A DNA stretch of 64,000 bases from Alphaproteobacteria bacterium (GTDB taxonomy: Bacteria; Pseudomonadota; Alphaproteobacteria; SPJN01), in NCBI GenBank assembly GCA_965227065.1, contig CBDDFN010000010.1:9098-73097 (forward strand), read 5' to 3'. The translations under genes and the position numbers were made by a program. Shown one piece after another: positions 10,657 to 21,055 of this stretch (position 1 is its first letter; the number at the start of each line of letters is the position of its first letter). The notes beneath the pieces are model-generated. The model saw only the letters and a list, made by a program, of their open reading frames with translations. It was not told the DNA's origin and searched no databases.

Positions 10657-11076
10657 TTAATTCTCTTTGCTGTCGACCCAGGGGATCGCCTGAACCTCGA
10701 TCCCCTCATCGTCAAGCTCGCGCGCTTCTTCAGGCGTCGCTTCACCGTAAATGTTGCGCGCTTCGGTCTCGCCATAATGAATTTTGCGCGCTTCCTCAGC
10801 AAAGTCTGCGCCGACATAGTCGCAGTTCTTTTCGACCTCGGCGCGCATCTGTTTGAGCCCCTGATAAAGGGCGGCCTTCATTTTGGTTTCACGCGCGGCC
10901 TGTTTGCGTTCCGCTGTCGCCACCGATGGTGCCATCAGACCTTTTTCGACCTTCTTCGACCCACACACCGGGCAAATGATTTTGCGCGCGGCCTTCTGCT
11001 CGTCAAAGGCGGCCGCGTTTTGAAACCAGCCCTCAAACTCATGCTCCTTGGCGCAGATGAGCGTGTAGCTGATCAT
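10657..11076 (-). CDS. DUF1178 family zinc-ribbon protein
   Basis: 139 aa; ICPVCGSKKVEK Cys pair and the conserved DUF1178 N-terminus MISYTLICAKEHEFEGWF. Overlaps (ATGA-type) the upstream C-N hydrolase. Confidence 0.7.
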   Translation of the reverse strand: MISYTLICAKEHEFEGWFQNAAAFDEQKAARKIICPVCGSKKVEKGLMAPSVATAERKQAARETKMKAALYQGLKQMRAEVEKNCDYVGADFAEEARKIHYGETEARNIYGEATPEEARELDDEGIEVQAIPWVDSKEN

Positions 11077-11903
11077 GCCCCCGCCCCCTCAAAGCGCCGG
11101 TCATGGGAGAGTGCGGGAATCCGCTCGCGCGCCTCGGCCACTTTGGCTGGATCAATATCGGCAAAGCACACCCCCGCTTCGCTACCGCCATCGGCCAGCA
11201 CCTCACCCCACGGCGCCACCACCAGCGCATGGCCGAATGTCTTGCGGCCATCGGCGTGATCACCGCACTGGGCGGCCGCAAACACATAGCTGCCGGTTTC
11301 AATGGCGCGCGCGCGCAGCAGCACATGCCAATGCGCCTCGCCCGTGATGCGGGTGAAGGCAGCCGGCACCGATAAGAAGGATGCCCCCGCCTGCGCCAAA
11401 TGCCGGTAAAGGCCGGCAAAGCGCAGATCATAGCAGATCGACAGGCCCATCTTGCCCCAGGGCAAATCGGCCAGCACAGCCTTGGTGCCGGGTTGATAGG
11501 CTTTGCTTTCGCGGATGGTCTCGCCATCGGGCAGATTGACGTCAAACATGTGGATCTTGTCATAGCGCGCGGCAATCTCGCCCGACGGCGCGATGACAAA
11601 GCTGCGATTGGCGAGCCGGTCGTCGGCAATCTTGATGGGCAGGGAGCCGATGGCAAGCCACTTGCCCAAACGTTCAGCTTTGGCGCGGAAGGCTTTCAAC
11701 GCCGGATCATCCTCTTCGGCCACACATTGCGCCAGGCTGGATTTCACCCGCCGCTCCATCAGCGAGGTCACTTCGGGCGTGCAAATCAAATCTGCGCCGC
11801 CATTTGCGGCTTGATCAATCAGTTCCTCAGCCATGGGGATATTGGCCGCAAGCTCATTGCCGGCGGTCATCTGTACCAAAGCGACGCGAAACGGCGCGGT
11901 CAT
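11073..11903 (-). CDS. Carbon-nitrogen hydrolase family protein (nitrilase superfamily amidohydrolase)
   Basis: 276 aa; the catalytic E-K-C triad context (ICTPE..., ...KIHMFD..., GLSICYDLRF) is typical of the CN_hydrolase fold. Confidence 0.85.
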   Translation of the reverse strand: MTAPFRVALVQMTAGNELAANIPMAEELIDQAANGGADLICTPEVTSLMERRVKSSLAQCVAEEDDPALKAFRAKAERLGKWLAIGSLPIKIADDRLANRSFVIAPSGEIAARYDKIHMFDVNLPDGETIRESKAYQPGTKAVLADLPWGKMGLSICYDLRFAGLYRHLAQAGASFLSVPAAFTRITGEAHWHVLLRARAIETGSYVFAAAQCGDHADGRKTFGHALVVAPWGEVLADGGSEAGVCFADIDPAKVAEARERIPALSHDRRFEGAGA

Positions 11904-11906
11904 GGT

Positions 11907-12170
11907 TCAGCCGGCCTTCAGCATCGGATCAAGCGCGCCTTTGGCGTCGAGCGCATAAAGGTCATCGCATCCGCCGACATGGGTCTCGCCGATAAATATC
12001 TGCGGCACGGTATATCCACCATTGGCGCGCTTTTCCATTTCGGCGCGCAATTTGGGGTCCATGCCGACATCAATTTCGTCATAGCTCACGCCTTTGTCGG
12101 CCAGCAACGCCTTTGCGCGGTGGCAATAGGGGCAGAGCATGGTTGTGTAAATGGTGACATCCGCCATCAT
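11907..12170 (-). CDS. grxC: Glutaredoxin 3
   Basis: 87 aa; CPYC active site (TMLCPYCHRAKALL), and TVPQIFIGETHVGGCDDL. Confidence 0.9.
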   Translation of the reverse strand: MMADVTIYTTMLCPYCHRAKALLADKGVSYDEIDVGMDPKLRAEMEKRANGGYTVPQIFIGETHVGGCDDLYALDAKGALDPMLKAG

Positions 12171-12211
12171 TTTTTCCTTTCTTTGACCCGCTATATAAGA
12201 ATGGAGGCGGC

Positions 12212-12976
12212 TTAGAGCAAATCGGGCAAAGCGCCGCTTTCATCGGGACCCCGTGCGCGGGCCAGCGCCAGAACGCTGACATGGGCCGCCCCCGCCGCTT
12301 TGAGCGCGGCCGCGCACGCATCCGCCGTCGCCCCGGTTGTGAGCACATCATCGACCAGAACCACTGCTTTTCCGGCAAAATGGTGCGGATTATTCACGCT
12401 AAAGGCATCCGCCACATTCCTGGCCCGGGCGGCACGCCCCCCGCTTTGCGACCGTGTGGCCCGGTGGCGGGTGAGCGCATAAGATACCGGCACACCGCAA
12501 TGCTGCGAAATCTGCCGCGCAAGTTCAGCCGATTGATTGAACCGCCGCTGACGCAGGCGGCCAGCATGAACCGGCACCGGAACAATCACATCAGCGTTCG
12601 ACACCATCGGACCGGCACAGCCCGCCATCATCCGGGCGAGCACCGGCACGGCATGAAGGCGATCCCCATATTTAAGGCCAAGCACCAGCCCCCGCGCCGC
12701 CTCGTCATACACCAAGGCAGCCACCGCGCGATCAAAATGCGGTGGGCGGGCCTTACACCGCGCGCATTCGGTTTGCGGGTCGGCATAGCGTTCAGGAAGC
12801 GGTTCAGCGCAGCGCTGACACACCGATTGCCCGGCCAGAAAATCAAGCGCTTGCCAGCACTCAGAACACACACCCGGCTCCCCGCCCAACAGCACTCCAC
12901 AGCGGATGCAGCTGGCCGGCAAGATCAGGTCGCGCAACGGGGCGAACACAGAAGTGAGGAAAGACGCTGGGCTCAT
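12212..12976 (-). CDS. comF: ComF family protein (zinc-finger plus phosphoribosyltransferase-type domain)
   Basis: N-terminal CxxC...CxxC pairs (CIRCGVLL...CSECW; CQRCAEP...CARC) and a C-terminal PRTase motif VVLVDDVLTTGAT. Confidence 0.8.
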   Translation of the reverse strand: MSPASFLTSVFAPLRDLILPASCIRCGVLLGGEPGVCSECWQALDFLAGQSVCQRCAEPLPERYADPQTECARCKARPPHFDRAVAALVYDEAARGLVLGLKYGDRLHAVPVLARMMAGCAGPMVSNADVIVPVPVHAGRLRQRRFNQSAELARQISQHCGVPVSYALTRHRATRSQSGGRAARARNVADAFSVNNPHHFAGKAVVLVDDVLTTGATADACAAALKAAGAAHVSVLALARARGPDESGALPDLL

Positions 12977-13002
12977 GGCAACGACAATGGCATAAGCACG
13001 GC

Positions 13003-13899
13003 ATGACAGATAGTTCCATCACCCTGTTTGACCGCCAAACGTTGCGGAAGCGCCGCGACCGGGCCGCCGCCTCGCGCGAGGCCGACTTCCTGTTTGATCA
13101 CACCGCCACCTTCCTTGCCGAGCGGCTTGAGGATGTGACGCGGGAGTTTCCGCACGTGCTCGATTTGTCGAGCCGTCACGGGCCACTCAAAATCACACTT
13201 GAAAGCCGGGCCGGCACCCAAAGCGTGATCCGCGCGGATTTGAGCCGCGCGATGCTCAACACCCAGGCGGGGCCCGCCTTTGTTTGCGACGAGGAATGGC
13301 TGCCGGTCAAAGAGGGCGCGCTTGATCTCATCACCTCAAATCTCGCCCTTCATTGGGTCAATGATCTGCCCGGCGCGCTGATCCAGATCCGCCGGGCGCT
13401 CAAACCCGATGGGCTGTTTCTCTCCACCCTGCTCGGCGGGGAAACCCTGTCGGATTTGCGCCAGGTTCTGCTTGAGGCCGAAGCCGCCATCACCGGCGGG
13501 GCCGCGCCGCGCGTCTCGCCCTTCATGGATGTGCGCGAGGCCGGCGGGTTGCTGCAACGGGCGGGCTTTGCCCTGCCGGTCGCCGACATTGACCGGGTGC
13601 GGGTGAGCTATCAAAGCGCGCTCAAGCTCATGGCGGATTTAAGCGCGATGGGCGAAAGCAATTGTCTGCGCGAGCGCAGCCGCAAACCCTTGCGCCGCGC
13701 CGTGCTGATGGAAGCCGCCAAACGCTATCACGACCGCTTCCATGGCGGGCCTTTAAGTGTGCGTTTTGATGTCATCACCTTGACGGGCTGGGCGCCCCAT
13801 CCCGATCAGCAAAAACCGCTCAAACCGGGCAGCGCGCAAGCAAGGCTCGCCGACGCGCTGGGAACAGTGGAACATCCGGCGGGGGAGAAATCCGGGTAA
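13003..13899 (+). CDS. Class I SAM-dependent methyltransferase (conserved partner divergent from comF)
   Basis: 298 aa; methyltransferase type-11-like core (VLDLSSRHG...LDLITSNLALHWVNDLPGAL...LKPDGLF). Confidence 0.75.
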   Translation: MTDSSITLFDRQTLRKRRDRAAASREADFLFDHTATFLAERLEDVTREFPHVLDLSSRHGPLKITLESRAGTQSVIRADLSRAMLNTQAGPAFVCDEEWLPVKEGALDLITSNLALHWVNDLPGALIQIRRALKPDGLFLSTLLGGETLSDLRQVLLEAEAAITGGAAPRVSPFMDVREAGGLLQRAGFALPVADIDRVRVSYQSALKLMADLSAMGESNCLRERSRKPLRRAVLMEAAKRYHDRFHGGPLSVRFDVITLTGWAPHPDQQKPLKPGSAQARLADALGTVEHPAGEKSG

Positions 13900-13909
13900 C
13901 GATCAGGCG

Positions 13910-14317
13910 TTAAAGAAGATCCCGCAACTGCGCGACCAGCGGACTATCAGCGGGCGGCATGGCATAGTCGCCCAGACGGACAGGCTTCACCCAGGCCAGG
14001 TCTTGATGCTCATGCGCGGTAAGGGTGCCGTTCCATTTGCGGCACACAAACAAGGGCATCAGCAGATGAAATTCATCATAGCCGTGACTGGCAAAGCCGA
14101 TGGGCGCCAGGCAGCTTTCCCAGGTTTCGATGCCCAACTCTTCATGGAGTTCGCGGATCAGGCATTCTTCAGGGGTTTCGCCGGGCTCAATCTTGCCGCC
14201 GGGAAACTCCCACAGGCCCGCCATTTTCTTGCCTTCAGGCCGCTGGGCAATCAGCACCCGGCCGTCAAGATCAACCAGCGCACACGCCGCCACCAACAAA
14301 ATCTGTTTATCAGACAC
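13910..14317 (-). CDS. mutT: NUDIX hydrolase, MutT-type (8-oxo-dGTP diphosphatase-like)
   Basis: 135 aa; Nudix box GLWEFPGGKIEPGETPEECLIRELHEELGI. Confidence 0.8.
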   Translation of the reverse strand: MSDKQILLVAACALVDLDGRVLIAQRPEGKKMAGLWEFPGGKIEPGETPEECLIRELHEELGIETWESCLAPIGFASHGYDEFHLLMPLFVCRKWNGTLTAHEHQDLAWVKPVRLGDYAMPPADSPLVAQLRDLL

Positions 14318-14322
14318 GAGAC

Positions 14323-15558
14323 CTAGCTGCGATAGTCGGCATTGATATCGATATAGGCGTGGGTCAAATCACACGTCCACACCGTGGCCGATGATTTGCC
14401 GGTACCAACATCGGCCTTCACCGACAATTCCGCGCCCTTCATATAAGCCGCCACAGGGGCTTCCTCATAGCCGTCAACCGCTTCGCCGTCCTTGGCGACA
14501 TGGTGTTCGCCAAACCAGATCGACAATTTATCCCGGTCCGCAGGCTCCCCCGATTTGCCGATCGCCATAACGACCCGGCCCCAATTGGCGTCTTCGCCCG
14601 CAAAGGCGGTTTTGACCAAAGGTGAATTGGCGATGGCAAGCGCGATGCGCTTGGCTGTCGCTTTCGACTTGGCCCCTTCAACGGTCACTTCGATCAGCTT
14701 TTTGGCGCCTTCGCCGTCGCGCACGATCTGCAAGGCCAGATCAAGGCACAGCGCCTCAAGCGCTTTGCGGAAATGCTTCAGCCGCTTGCCGCTCGCATCC
14801 TTCGACGATTTGTGTTTCGTCTGGCCGGTGGCGAACATCAACACCGTGTCCGACGTCGATGTGTCACTGTCGACGGTGATGGCATTGAAGCTTTGATTGA
14901 CGGCTTTGCCCAGCAGCTCATCGAGTATATCAGCGGGGATAGCCGCGTCCGTAAACAAGAAGGCGAGCATCGTTCCCATATTGGGCGCGATCATGCCCGA
15001 CCCCTTGGCGATCCCGGCAATACGCACGGTCTGACCATCAATGTCGGTTTCAGCATAAGCAAGCTTGGCAAATGTGTCGGTCGTGCGAATGGCGTCCGCC
15101 GCCGCCGCCCAGCCCCCGCCTGAGAGCTGATCGGTCAGCTCCGGCAAAATGGCGGTGATAGCACTGGCATCGAGCGGCTCGCCAATGACGCCGGTCGAGG
15201 CGAGCATCACCGCGCCTTTGGGACAGTCAAGCAAAGCCGATGCGGCCGCAGCCACCTCTTTGGTCGCAGCCAGCCCCGCCGCACCGGTGAAGGCATTGGC
15301 ATTGCCGGCATTGACGATCAGCGCTTGCGCCGTACCCCGGCCGATTTTGGATTTGCACCAGTCAACAGGGGCCGACGGCATGGAGGAACGGGTAAACCGG
15401 CCCGCAACCGTCGTGCCTTTATCAAGCCCGACCAGCAGCAGATTGGGCCGGCCTTGATAGCGGTCGCACCACCGTCCCGCCGCCAGACGCACGCCGGCGA
15501 TTTCAGGAATGTCCGGAACCTCGGTGGGAGCAAGCGGCGAGACCGGAAGTGCGTCCAT
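14323..15558 (-). CDS. argJ: Bifunctional glutamate N-acetyltransferase / amino-acid acetyltransferase
   Basis: 411 aa; ...FTGAAGLAATKE..., and the autoproteolytic ATML motif region (NMGTMLAFLFTDA). Confidence 0.95.
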   Translation of the reverse strand: MDALPVSPLAPTEVPDIPEIAGVRLAAGRWCDRYQGRPNLLLVGLDKGTTVAGRFTRSSMPSAPVDWCKSKIGRGTAQALIVNAGNANAFTGAAGLAATKEVAAAASALLDCPKGAVMLASTGVIGEPLDASAITAILPELTDQLSGGGWAAAADAIRTTDTFAKLAYAETDIDGQTVRIAGIAKGSGMIAPNMGTMLAFLFTDAAIPADILDELLGKAVNQSFNAITVDSDTSTSDTVLMFATGQTKHKSSKDASGKRLKHFRKALEALCLDLALQIVRDGEGAKKLIEVTVEGAKSKATAKRIALAIANSPLVKTAFAGEDANWGRVVMAIGKSGEPADRDKLSIWFGEHHVAKDGEAVDGYEEAPVAAYMKGAELSVKADVGTGKSSATVWTCDLTHAYIDINADYRS

Positions 15559-15563
15559 GCCCG

Positions 15564-16556
15564 TTACTCCGCCGGAACTGCGTCAGGCTGGATTTCTTCA
15601 GCCTGTGTGTCTTCAGCAGGAGCGTCTTCAGCCTGTGCGTCTTCAGCCTGTGCGTCTTCAGCAGGAGCGTCTTCCGCAGGCGGGTTGTCACGCGCTTCGA
15701 TCAACTCGCGGGTCGGCTCATGAAGAATGACGACATCCGCTTCGTCCCGAAGCTTGGTGATCTTGGCTTCAATCGCATCTTCCATCAGCGCATTGGCCAT
15801 TTCAGAGCGTACGGCATCTGCGTTCTCGCGCCGGTCTTCAACCTTGATGACATGCCAGCCAAACTGGGTTTTCACCGGCTGTGCCGAATGGCTGCCCGGT
15901 TCCATCGCAAAGGCGGCGACCGAAAACGGCTCAACCATCTGATCTTGGGTGAACCAGCCCAGGTCTCCACCGCCCGGACCGCTGGGCCCGGTCGAATGTT
16001 CCTTGGCGAGCTCGGCAAAATCAGCGCCTTCATCGAGTTCTTTGATCAGCTCTTTTGCCTCATCTTCCTCGGCAACAAGAATGTGACGGGCCTTGGTTTC
16101 AACCGGCACAGTGATACCGAACTTGCCCTCGGCGATCGCCGCTGCAATCGCATCATCGCCAGCCACTTGTTGCGACAGGTCAGCAACATAGGCGTTGTAA
16201 AGCGTGTCGCGGCGCGCCGCATCAAGGGCGCGGGCCACTTCGGGCCGTTCGCCATAACCGGCCCGGGCGGCTTCTTCCGACAAAAGCTGTGCGGCAATGG
16301 AATATTCAACCAGCGCAGCCACAATTTGCGGCGGTGCAGTGTTGAAATCCGCGCCAACGGCGCGCGCAAACATTTCAATGTCTTTTTTGGTGACGGCAGC
16401 GCCATTGACGGTGGCGTAAATCTCGCCTTGCTCATCGGCCGGGGCTTGCGCCGCTTCAACCGGGACCTTGTCAGTGGCCGACATTTGGCCTGCGCCGAAC
16501 CAGCCAGCCGCTGCTCCAACCAAGAGCGCGACAAGCGCAATGATCACACGATCCAT
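15564..16556 (-). CDS. PpiC-type (parvulin) peptidyl-prolyl cis-trans isomerase with N-terminal signal/anchor and acidic C-terminal repeats
   Basis: Signal/TM MDRVIIALVALLVGAAAG. Parvulin domain (ARHILVAEEDEAKELIKEL...GGDLGWF...FGWHVIKVEDRR). Tail (AEDAQ/AEDAP)n. Confidence 0.8.
   Translation of the reverse strand: MDRVIIALVALLVGAAAGWFGAGQMSATDKVPVEAAQAPADEQGEIYATVNGAAVTKKDIEMFARAVGADFNTAPPQIVAALVEYSIAAQLLSEEAARAGYGERPEVARALDAARRDTLYNAYVADLSQQVAGDDAIAAAIAEGKFGITVPVETKARHILVAEEDEAKELIKELDEGADFAELAKEHSTGPSGPGGGDLGWFTQDQMVEPFSVAAFAMEPGSHSAQPVKTQFGWHVIKVEDRRENADAVRSEMANALMEDAIEAKITKLRDEADVVILHEPTRELIEARDNPPAEDAPAEDAQAEDAQAEDAPAEDTQAEEIQPDAVPAE
15585..15665 (-). repeat. 15-bp tandem repeat (~5 units) encoding the (AEDAP/AEDAQ)n tail of the PPIase
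   Basis: + strand reads gcctgtgtgtcttca gcaggagcgtcttca gcctgtgcgtcttca gcctgtgcgtcttca gcaggagcgtcttcc. The minus-strand translation is PAEDAPAEDAQAEDAQAEDAPAEDTQAEE. Confidence 0.8.
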
Positions 16557-16788
16557 AGAAAACTCCAGACTAGACCCCCAGATAGGGGGGCATATTGAAG
16601 AGGGGGAAGGGGCGTTACAAGCCTAAAACTTGTGCAAATCACCGAAAATCCACGCAAATTTGTCTCAGTTCATCGCCTTTGCGGCGGTCGCGCACATTGA
16701 CACGACCATGCCCCCTTATTAAGTCACCCCTCAGGTTCTGATAAAAAGCCGCCCAAACGGGCCGCATCCATCCAGGAGAGTATCGTTC

Positions 16789-19518
16789 ATGTTGGGCCTC
16801 GGCACGCTTGGCCGGCGCATCTTTGGATCGTCGAACGACCGGAAAATCAAAAAGTTCAAACCCTTGGTCGATGCGATCAATGCGCTTGAGGATGAGCTTG
16901 CAGCACTCTCTGACGAGCAGCTCCAGGCGCGCACGGCAGACTTCCGCAAACAGCTGGACGACGGCGCCAAGCTCGATGATCTGCTTGTCCCCGCATTTGC
17001 AACGGTGCGCGAGGCGGCCAAACGCACGCTGGGCCTGCGGCCGTTTGATGTGCAGCTGATCGGCGGCATCGTCCTACATCAAAGCGGGATTTCGGAAATG
17101 AAGACCGGTGAGGGCAAAACCCTTGTCGCGACGCTTGCGGTCTATCTCAATGCCCTTCCAGGCACGGGCGTGCATGTCATCACGGTGAACGACTATCTTG
17201 CCCAGCGTGACGCGGACTGGATGGGCGCGATCTACACATTTCTCGGCCTCAGTGTCGGCACCATCGTGCACGGCAAAAATGATGCCGAGCGCAAGGCGGC
17301 CTATGATTGTGATGTCACCTACGGCACCAACAATGAATTCGGCTTCGATTATCTGCGCGATAATATGAAATATTCGCTGGAAAGCATGGTCCAGCGCGGC
17401 CACGCCTTTGCCATTGTCGATGAGGTCGACTCCATCCTGATTGACGAGGCGCGCACCCCGCTGATTATTTCAGGCCCCGTGGATGATCATTCCGACCTTT
17501 ATCTCACCGCCAATGCCATCATTCCCGATCTGGCACCCGAAGATTTCGAGCATGACGAAAAGGCCCGCTCGGTCACCATCACAGAACAGGGCAATGACCA
17601 TCTTGATGAGCTGCTGTCATCGCGCGGGTTGATTGAGCCCGACACGCTTTATGCGGCCGAAAATGTTTCGATCGTTCACCATATCAATCAGGCCTTGCGC
17701 GCCCATGTGCAATTCACGCGCGACCGCGATTATGTCGTGCGCAACAACAAGGTTGTGATCATTGATGAATTCACCGGCCGCATGATGGAAGGCCGGCGCT
17801 ATTCCGATGGGCTGCACCAGGCGCTTGAAGCCAAGGAAGGCGTAGAAATCCAGCCTGAAAACCAGACGCTCGCCTCGATCACCTTCCAGAACTATTTCCG
17901 CATGTATGACAAGCTGGCGGGCATGACCGGCACCGCCGCCACCGAAGCGGGCGAGTTCGATACGATTTACGGGCTTGAAGTCTTTGAGATCCCGACCAAT
18001 GTCGATATTGCCCGGATCGATGATGACGACGAAGTCTACCGCAGCGCGCGCGAGAAATATGAAGCGATCATCGAGCTGGTGGAAGAATGCCGCAAAACCG
18101 GCCAGCCGGTTCTGGTCGGTACGACAACGATTGAGAAATCCGAAACCCTGTCCGAGCTTCTGAAAAAGCGGAAGATCAAGCACAATGTGCTCAATGCCCG
18201 TTATCACGAACAAGAGGCTGAAATCATCGCCCAGGCCGGTGTATCCGGTGCGGTGACCATCGCCACCAATATGGCGGGCCGGGGCACCGATATTCAGCTT
18301 GGCGGCAATCTCGACATGCGGCTCAAGGCTGAGTTGCCTGAAGAGGCCGATGAGCAAAAGCGCGAAAAGCTGAAAGAAAAAATCTCCGCCGAAATCGCCG
18401 CCGACAAGCAAAAGGTGCTCGATGCGGGCGGCCTTTATGTGATCGGCACCGAACGGCATGAAAGCCGCCGGATCGATAATCAGCTGCGCGGCCGGTCGGG
18501 CCGTCAGGGCGATCCCGGCCATTCGAAATTCTTCCTGTCGCTGGAAGACGATCTGATGCGGATTTTCGGGTCCGAACGGATGGACGGCATGTTGCGCCGT
18601 CTGGGCCTGCAGGAAGGTGAAGCGATCATCCATCCCTGGATCAACAAGGCGATCGAGAAAGCGCAGGAAAAGGTTGAGGCGCGCAACTTCGACATTCGGA
18701 AAAATGTGCTGAAATATGATGATGTGATGAACGATCAGCGCAAGGTGATCTTTGAACAACGCATCGAGTTTATGCGCACCGATGATGTCTCAGACGACGT
18801 TGCCGCCATGCGCCACGAAATGATCGAAAAGCTGGTCAAAGCGCACATCCCGCCCCGCGCCTATCCCGAACAATGGGATATGGCGGGCCTCAAGCAAGAG
18901 ATCGGCGAGAAATTCGCCATGGTCCTGCCGGTCGATGAATGGGCCGCCGAAGAAGGCATTGCCGATGAAGAAGTGCTGGAGCGTCTGACCAAGACCGCCG
19001 ACAAGGTGATGGCCGAAAAAGCCGCGCGCTTTGGCCCTTCAACCTTGCGCCAGATTGAAAAAGGCGTGCTGCTGCAAACCCTTGATCATCACTGGCGCGA
19101 GCATCTTTTGATGCTGGAACATCTGCGTCAGGTGATCGGCCTGCGCGGCTATGGCCAGCGCGACCCGCTTAATGAATACAAGACCGAAAGTTTTGGCCTG
19201 TTCAGCGCCCTGCTCGACAAGGTGGGTGAAGAAGTCACCTCGAACCTGATGCGGGTTGAGCTGCAGATGGAACAACCCCAAGAGCTTGCCCCGCCCCAAG
19301 ATATCGAGGCCACTCACATCGATCCGCAAACCGGCGAAAATGAGATGGCGTCTGACTTTGCCACGCCGCGCGAGCCCAAATCGGTTCGTGTGCGCACCGG
19401 CCCGGACGAGCATGACCCCAACGACCCCACCACATGGGGCAAGGTTCCGCGCAATGCGCTGTGTCCCTGCGGGTCGGGCAAGAAATTCAAGCACTGCCAC
19501 GGCGCGGCGGTAGCCTGA
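16789..19518 (+). CDS. secA: Preprotein translocase ATPase SecA
   Basis: 909 aa; Walker [18 protein letters not shown]-like [20 protein letters not shown]-terminal zinc finger [14 protein letters not shown]. Confidence 0.97.
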   Translation: MLGLGTLGRRIFGSSNDRKIKKFKPLVDAINALEDELAALSDEQLQARTADFRKQLDDGAKLDDLLVPAFATVREAAKRTLGLRPFDVQLIGGIVLHQSGISEMKTGEGKTLVATLAVYLNALPGTGVHVITVNDYLAQRDADWMGAIYTFLGLSVGTIVHGKNDAERKAAYDCDVTYGTNNEFGFDYLRDNMKYSLESMVQRGHAFAIVDEVDSILIDEARTPLIISGPVDDHSDLYLTANAIIPDLAPEDFEHDEKARSVTITEQGNDHLDELLSSRGLIEPDTLYAAENVSIVHHINQALRAHVQFTRDRDYVVRNNKVVIIDEFTGRMMEGRRYSDGLHQALEAKEGVEIQPENQTLASITFQNYFRMYDKLAGMTGTAATEAGEFDTIYGLEVFEIPTNVDIARIDDDDEVYRSAREKYEAIIELVEECRKTGQPVLVGTTTIEKSETLSELLKKRKIKHNVLNARYHEQEAEIIAQAGVSGAVTIATNMAGRGTDIQLGGNLDMRLKAELPEEADEQKREKLKEKISAEIAADKQKVLDAGGLYVIGTERHESRRIDNQLRGRSGRQGDPGHSKFFLSLEDDLMRIFGSERMDGMLRRLGLQEGEAIIHPWINKAIEKAQEKVEARNFDIRKNVLKYDDVMNDQRKVIFEQRIEFMRTDDVSDDVAAMRHEMIEKLVKAHIPPRAYPEQWDMAGLKQEIGEKFAMVLPVDEWAAEEGIADEEVLERLTKTADKVMAEKAARFGPSTLRQIEKGVLLQTLDHHWREHLLMLEHLRQVIGLRGYGQRDPLNEYKTESFGLFSALLDKVGEEVTSNLMRVELQMEQPQELAPPQDIEATHIDPQTGENEMASDFATPREPKSVRVRTGPDEHDPNDPTTWGKVPRNALCPCGSGKKFKHCHGAAVA

Positions 19519-19565
19519 TAACCCGACAGCGTCTAGTCTGCTCCCAACAAAACGCAGGGGGTAGC

Positions 19566-20696
19566 ATGGCCGTTTCAGACTTCACAATTTCCGTTCCTGA
19601 AGAGCGTCTGGCATGGATTGCCCGGCGCTTGGCCGAGTATGAATGGCATGAAGCGCCCGCGCGCGGCGGCTGGACCGACGGCACCAACAAGGAGGTGTTG
19701 CAGGATCTGTGCGCCTATTGGGCGGACGGCTATGACTGGCGCGCGATAGAACGCCATTTGAACCGGCTGACCCATTTCACCGCCCCCGTGCCGGTGGGGG
19801 ATGAGACACTGCCGATCCATTTCATCCATCTGAAAAGTCCGAAGCCTGATGCCATGCCTCTGATCCTCAGCCATGGCTGGCCCGGCTCCTTCTACGAATT
19901 TGACGCGATCGCCGAAGCCCTCGCCCAAGACTTTCATGTCGTGATCCCGTCGCTGCCCGGCTATGCCTTTTCCGGCAAACCCGCCAACCCGATTGGTCCG
20001 CGTGCCACCGCGCACGCCTTCAACGCCCTGATGACCGGGACGCTGGGCTACCCGCGCTATTTCGCCCAGGGCGGTGATTGGGGCTCGATGGTGACAAGCT
20101 GGCTGGGGGCTGAGCATGAGGCATGCGCCGCCATCCATCTCAACATGATGGGGTTCAACAAGGGCGCGCCGTCTGCGGATCAGTCAGATGAAGAAAAGCA
20201 ATGGCGGCAAAAAACGCGGGTAGGCATGGATCTCGAAGGCGCTTATTTCCGCCTGCAATCGACCAAGGCCCAAACCCTCTCCTACGCCATGATGGACAGC
20301 CCGGTTGGTCAGGCCGCCTGGATATTGGAGAAGTTCAAAACCTGGTCGCATCTGGACAGGGAGGATCTTTATTCGGCCTACACCAAAGACCAGCTACTGA
20401 CCAACATCATGCTCTATGTCGCGACGGGTTCGTTTAACACCGCAAGCTGGATGTATCGCGGCTTTATCGAGGAAATGATGGCCGGGGCTGCGAACACGCC
20501 CCGCGTCGAGGTGCCAACCGGGGTGGGAAACTTCCCCTATGACTCCATCTTTTCGTGGCCCCCGCGCGCGGTGGTGGAGCGCAATTATGCGGTTGCCCAC
20601 TGGACGGATGTGGGCGAAGGCGGCCATTTCGCAGCGATGGAACGGCCGTCCTTGTTCCTTGCTGATGTGCGAACGTTTTTTACGAGCCTTGCTTAG
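19566..20696 (+). CDS. Epoxide hydrolase (microsomal-EH-like alpha/beta hydrolase with EH N-terminal domain)
   Basis: ATG 19566 in frame. EHN domain FTISVPEERLAWIARRLAEYEW. Oxyanion HGWPGSF and nucleophile elbow GGDWGS. Confidence 0.8.
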   Translation: MAVSDFTISVPEERLAWIARRLAEYEWHEAPARGGWTDGTNKEVLQDLCAYWADGYDWRAIERHLNRLTHFTAPVPVGDETLPIHFIHLKSPKPDAMPLILSHGWPGSFYEFDAIAEALAQDFHVVIPSLPGYAFSGKPANPIGPRATAHAFNALMTGTLGYPRYFAQGGDWGSMVTSWLGAEHEACAAIHLNMMGFNKGAPSADQSDEEKQWRQKTRVGMDLEGAYFRLQSTKAQTLSYAMMDSPVGQAAWILEKFKTWSHLDREDLYSAYTKDQLLTNIMLYVATGSFNTASWMYRGFIEEMMAGAANTPRVEVPTGVGNFPYDSIFSWPPRAVVERNYAVAHWTDVGEGGHFAAMERPSLFLADVRTFFTSLA

Positions 20697-21030
20697 CGGC
20701 TTCGCGGTCGGCGCCGCGCTTGCGGTAAATCAGGATCAGATTGCGGACATAGACCACAAAGCCGAAAGCCTGGCCCATGATGATCACGGGATCACGCTTG
20801 TGGATGCCGTAGGACAGCAGGATCGCGCCGCCGATCAGCGACAGCCACCAGAACATCATCGGCACCACCGATTCCTGGCGGCGTTCGGACGTCACCCATT
20901 GCACCAGCATGCGGCTGAAAAAGGCCATCTGGCCAATCGCGCCGATCAACGCCCACATGGTGAGCTGGGCCTCAAAATCGACCAGAAAATCCTGCATGAA
21001 GGCCGGTGCGTTTGCGATCAGCCACTCCAT
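20680..21030 (-). CDS. Lipid-A-disaccharide synthase N-terminal domain (LAB_N) small membrane protein
   Basis: 116 aa with 3 predicted TM. The LAB_N-like pattern (WALIGAIGQMAFFSRMLVQW...SERRQESVVPMMFWWLSLIGGAILLSYGI) is typically paired with a GT2 enzyme, as here. Confidence 0.65.
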   Translation of the reverse strand: MEWLIANAPAFMQDFLVDFEAQLTMWALIGAIGQMAFFSRMLVQWVTSERRQESVVPMMFWWLSLIGGAILLSYGIHKRDPVIIMGQAFGFVVYVRNLILIYRKRGADREAAKQGS

Positions 21031-21055
21031 CGGACTGCCCCCCTGAATGTCTTCT

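Noticed and set aside
10682-10706. Perfect 8-bp-stem hairpin GGGGATCG...CGATCCCC just after the DUF4167 gene
   Set aside because: It lies inside the DUF1178 coding sequence on the opposite strand and lacks a following T-run, so it is not called as a terminator.
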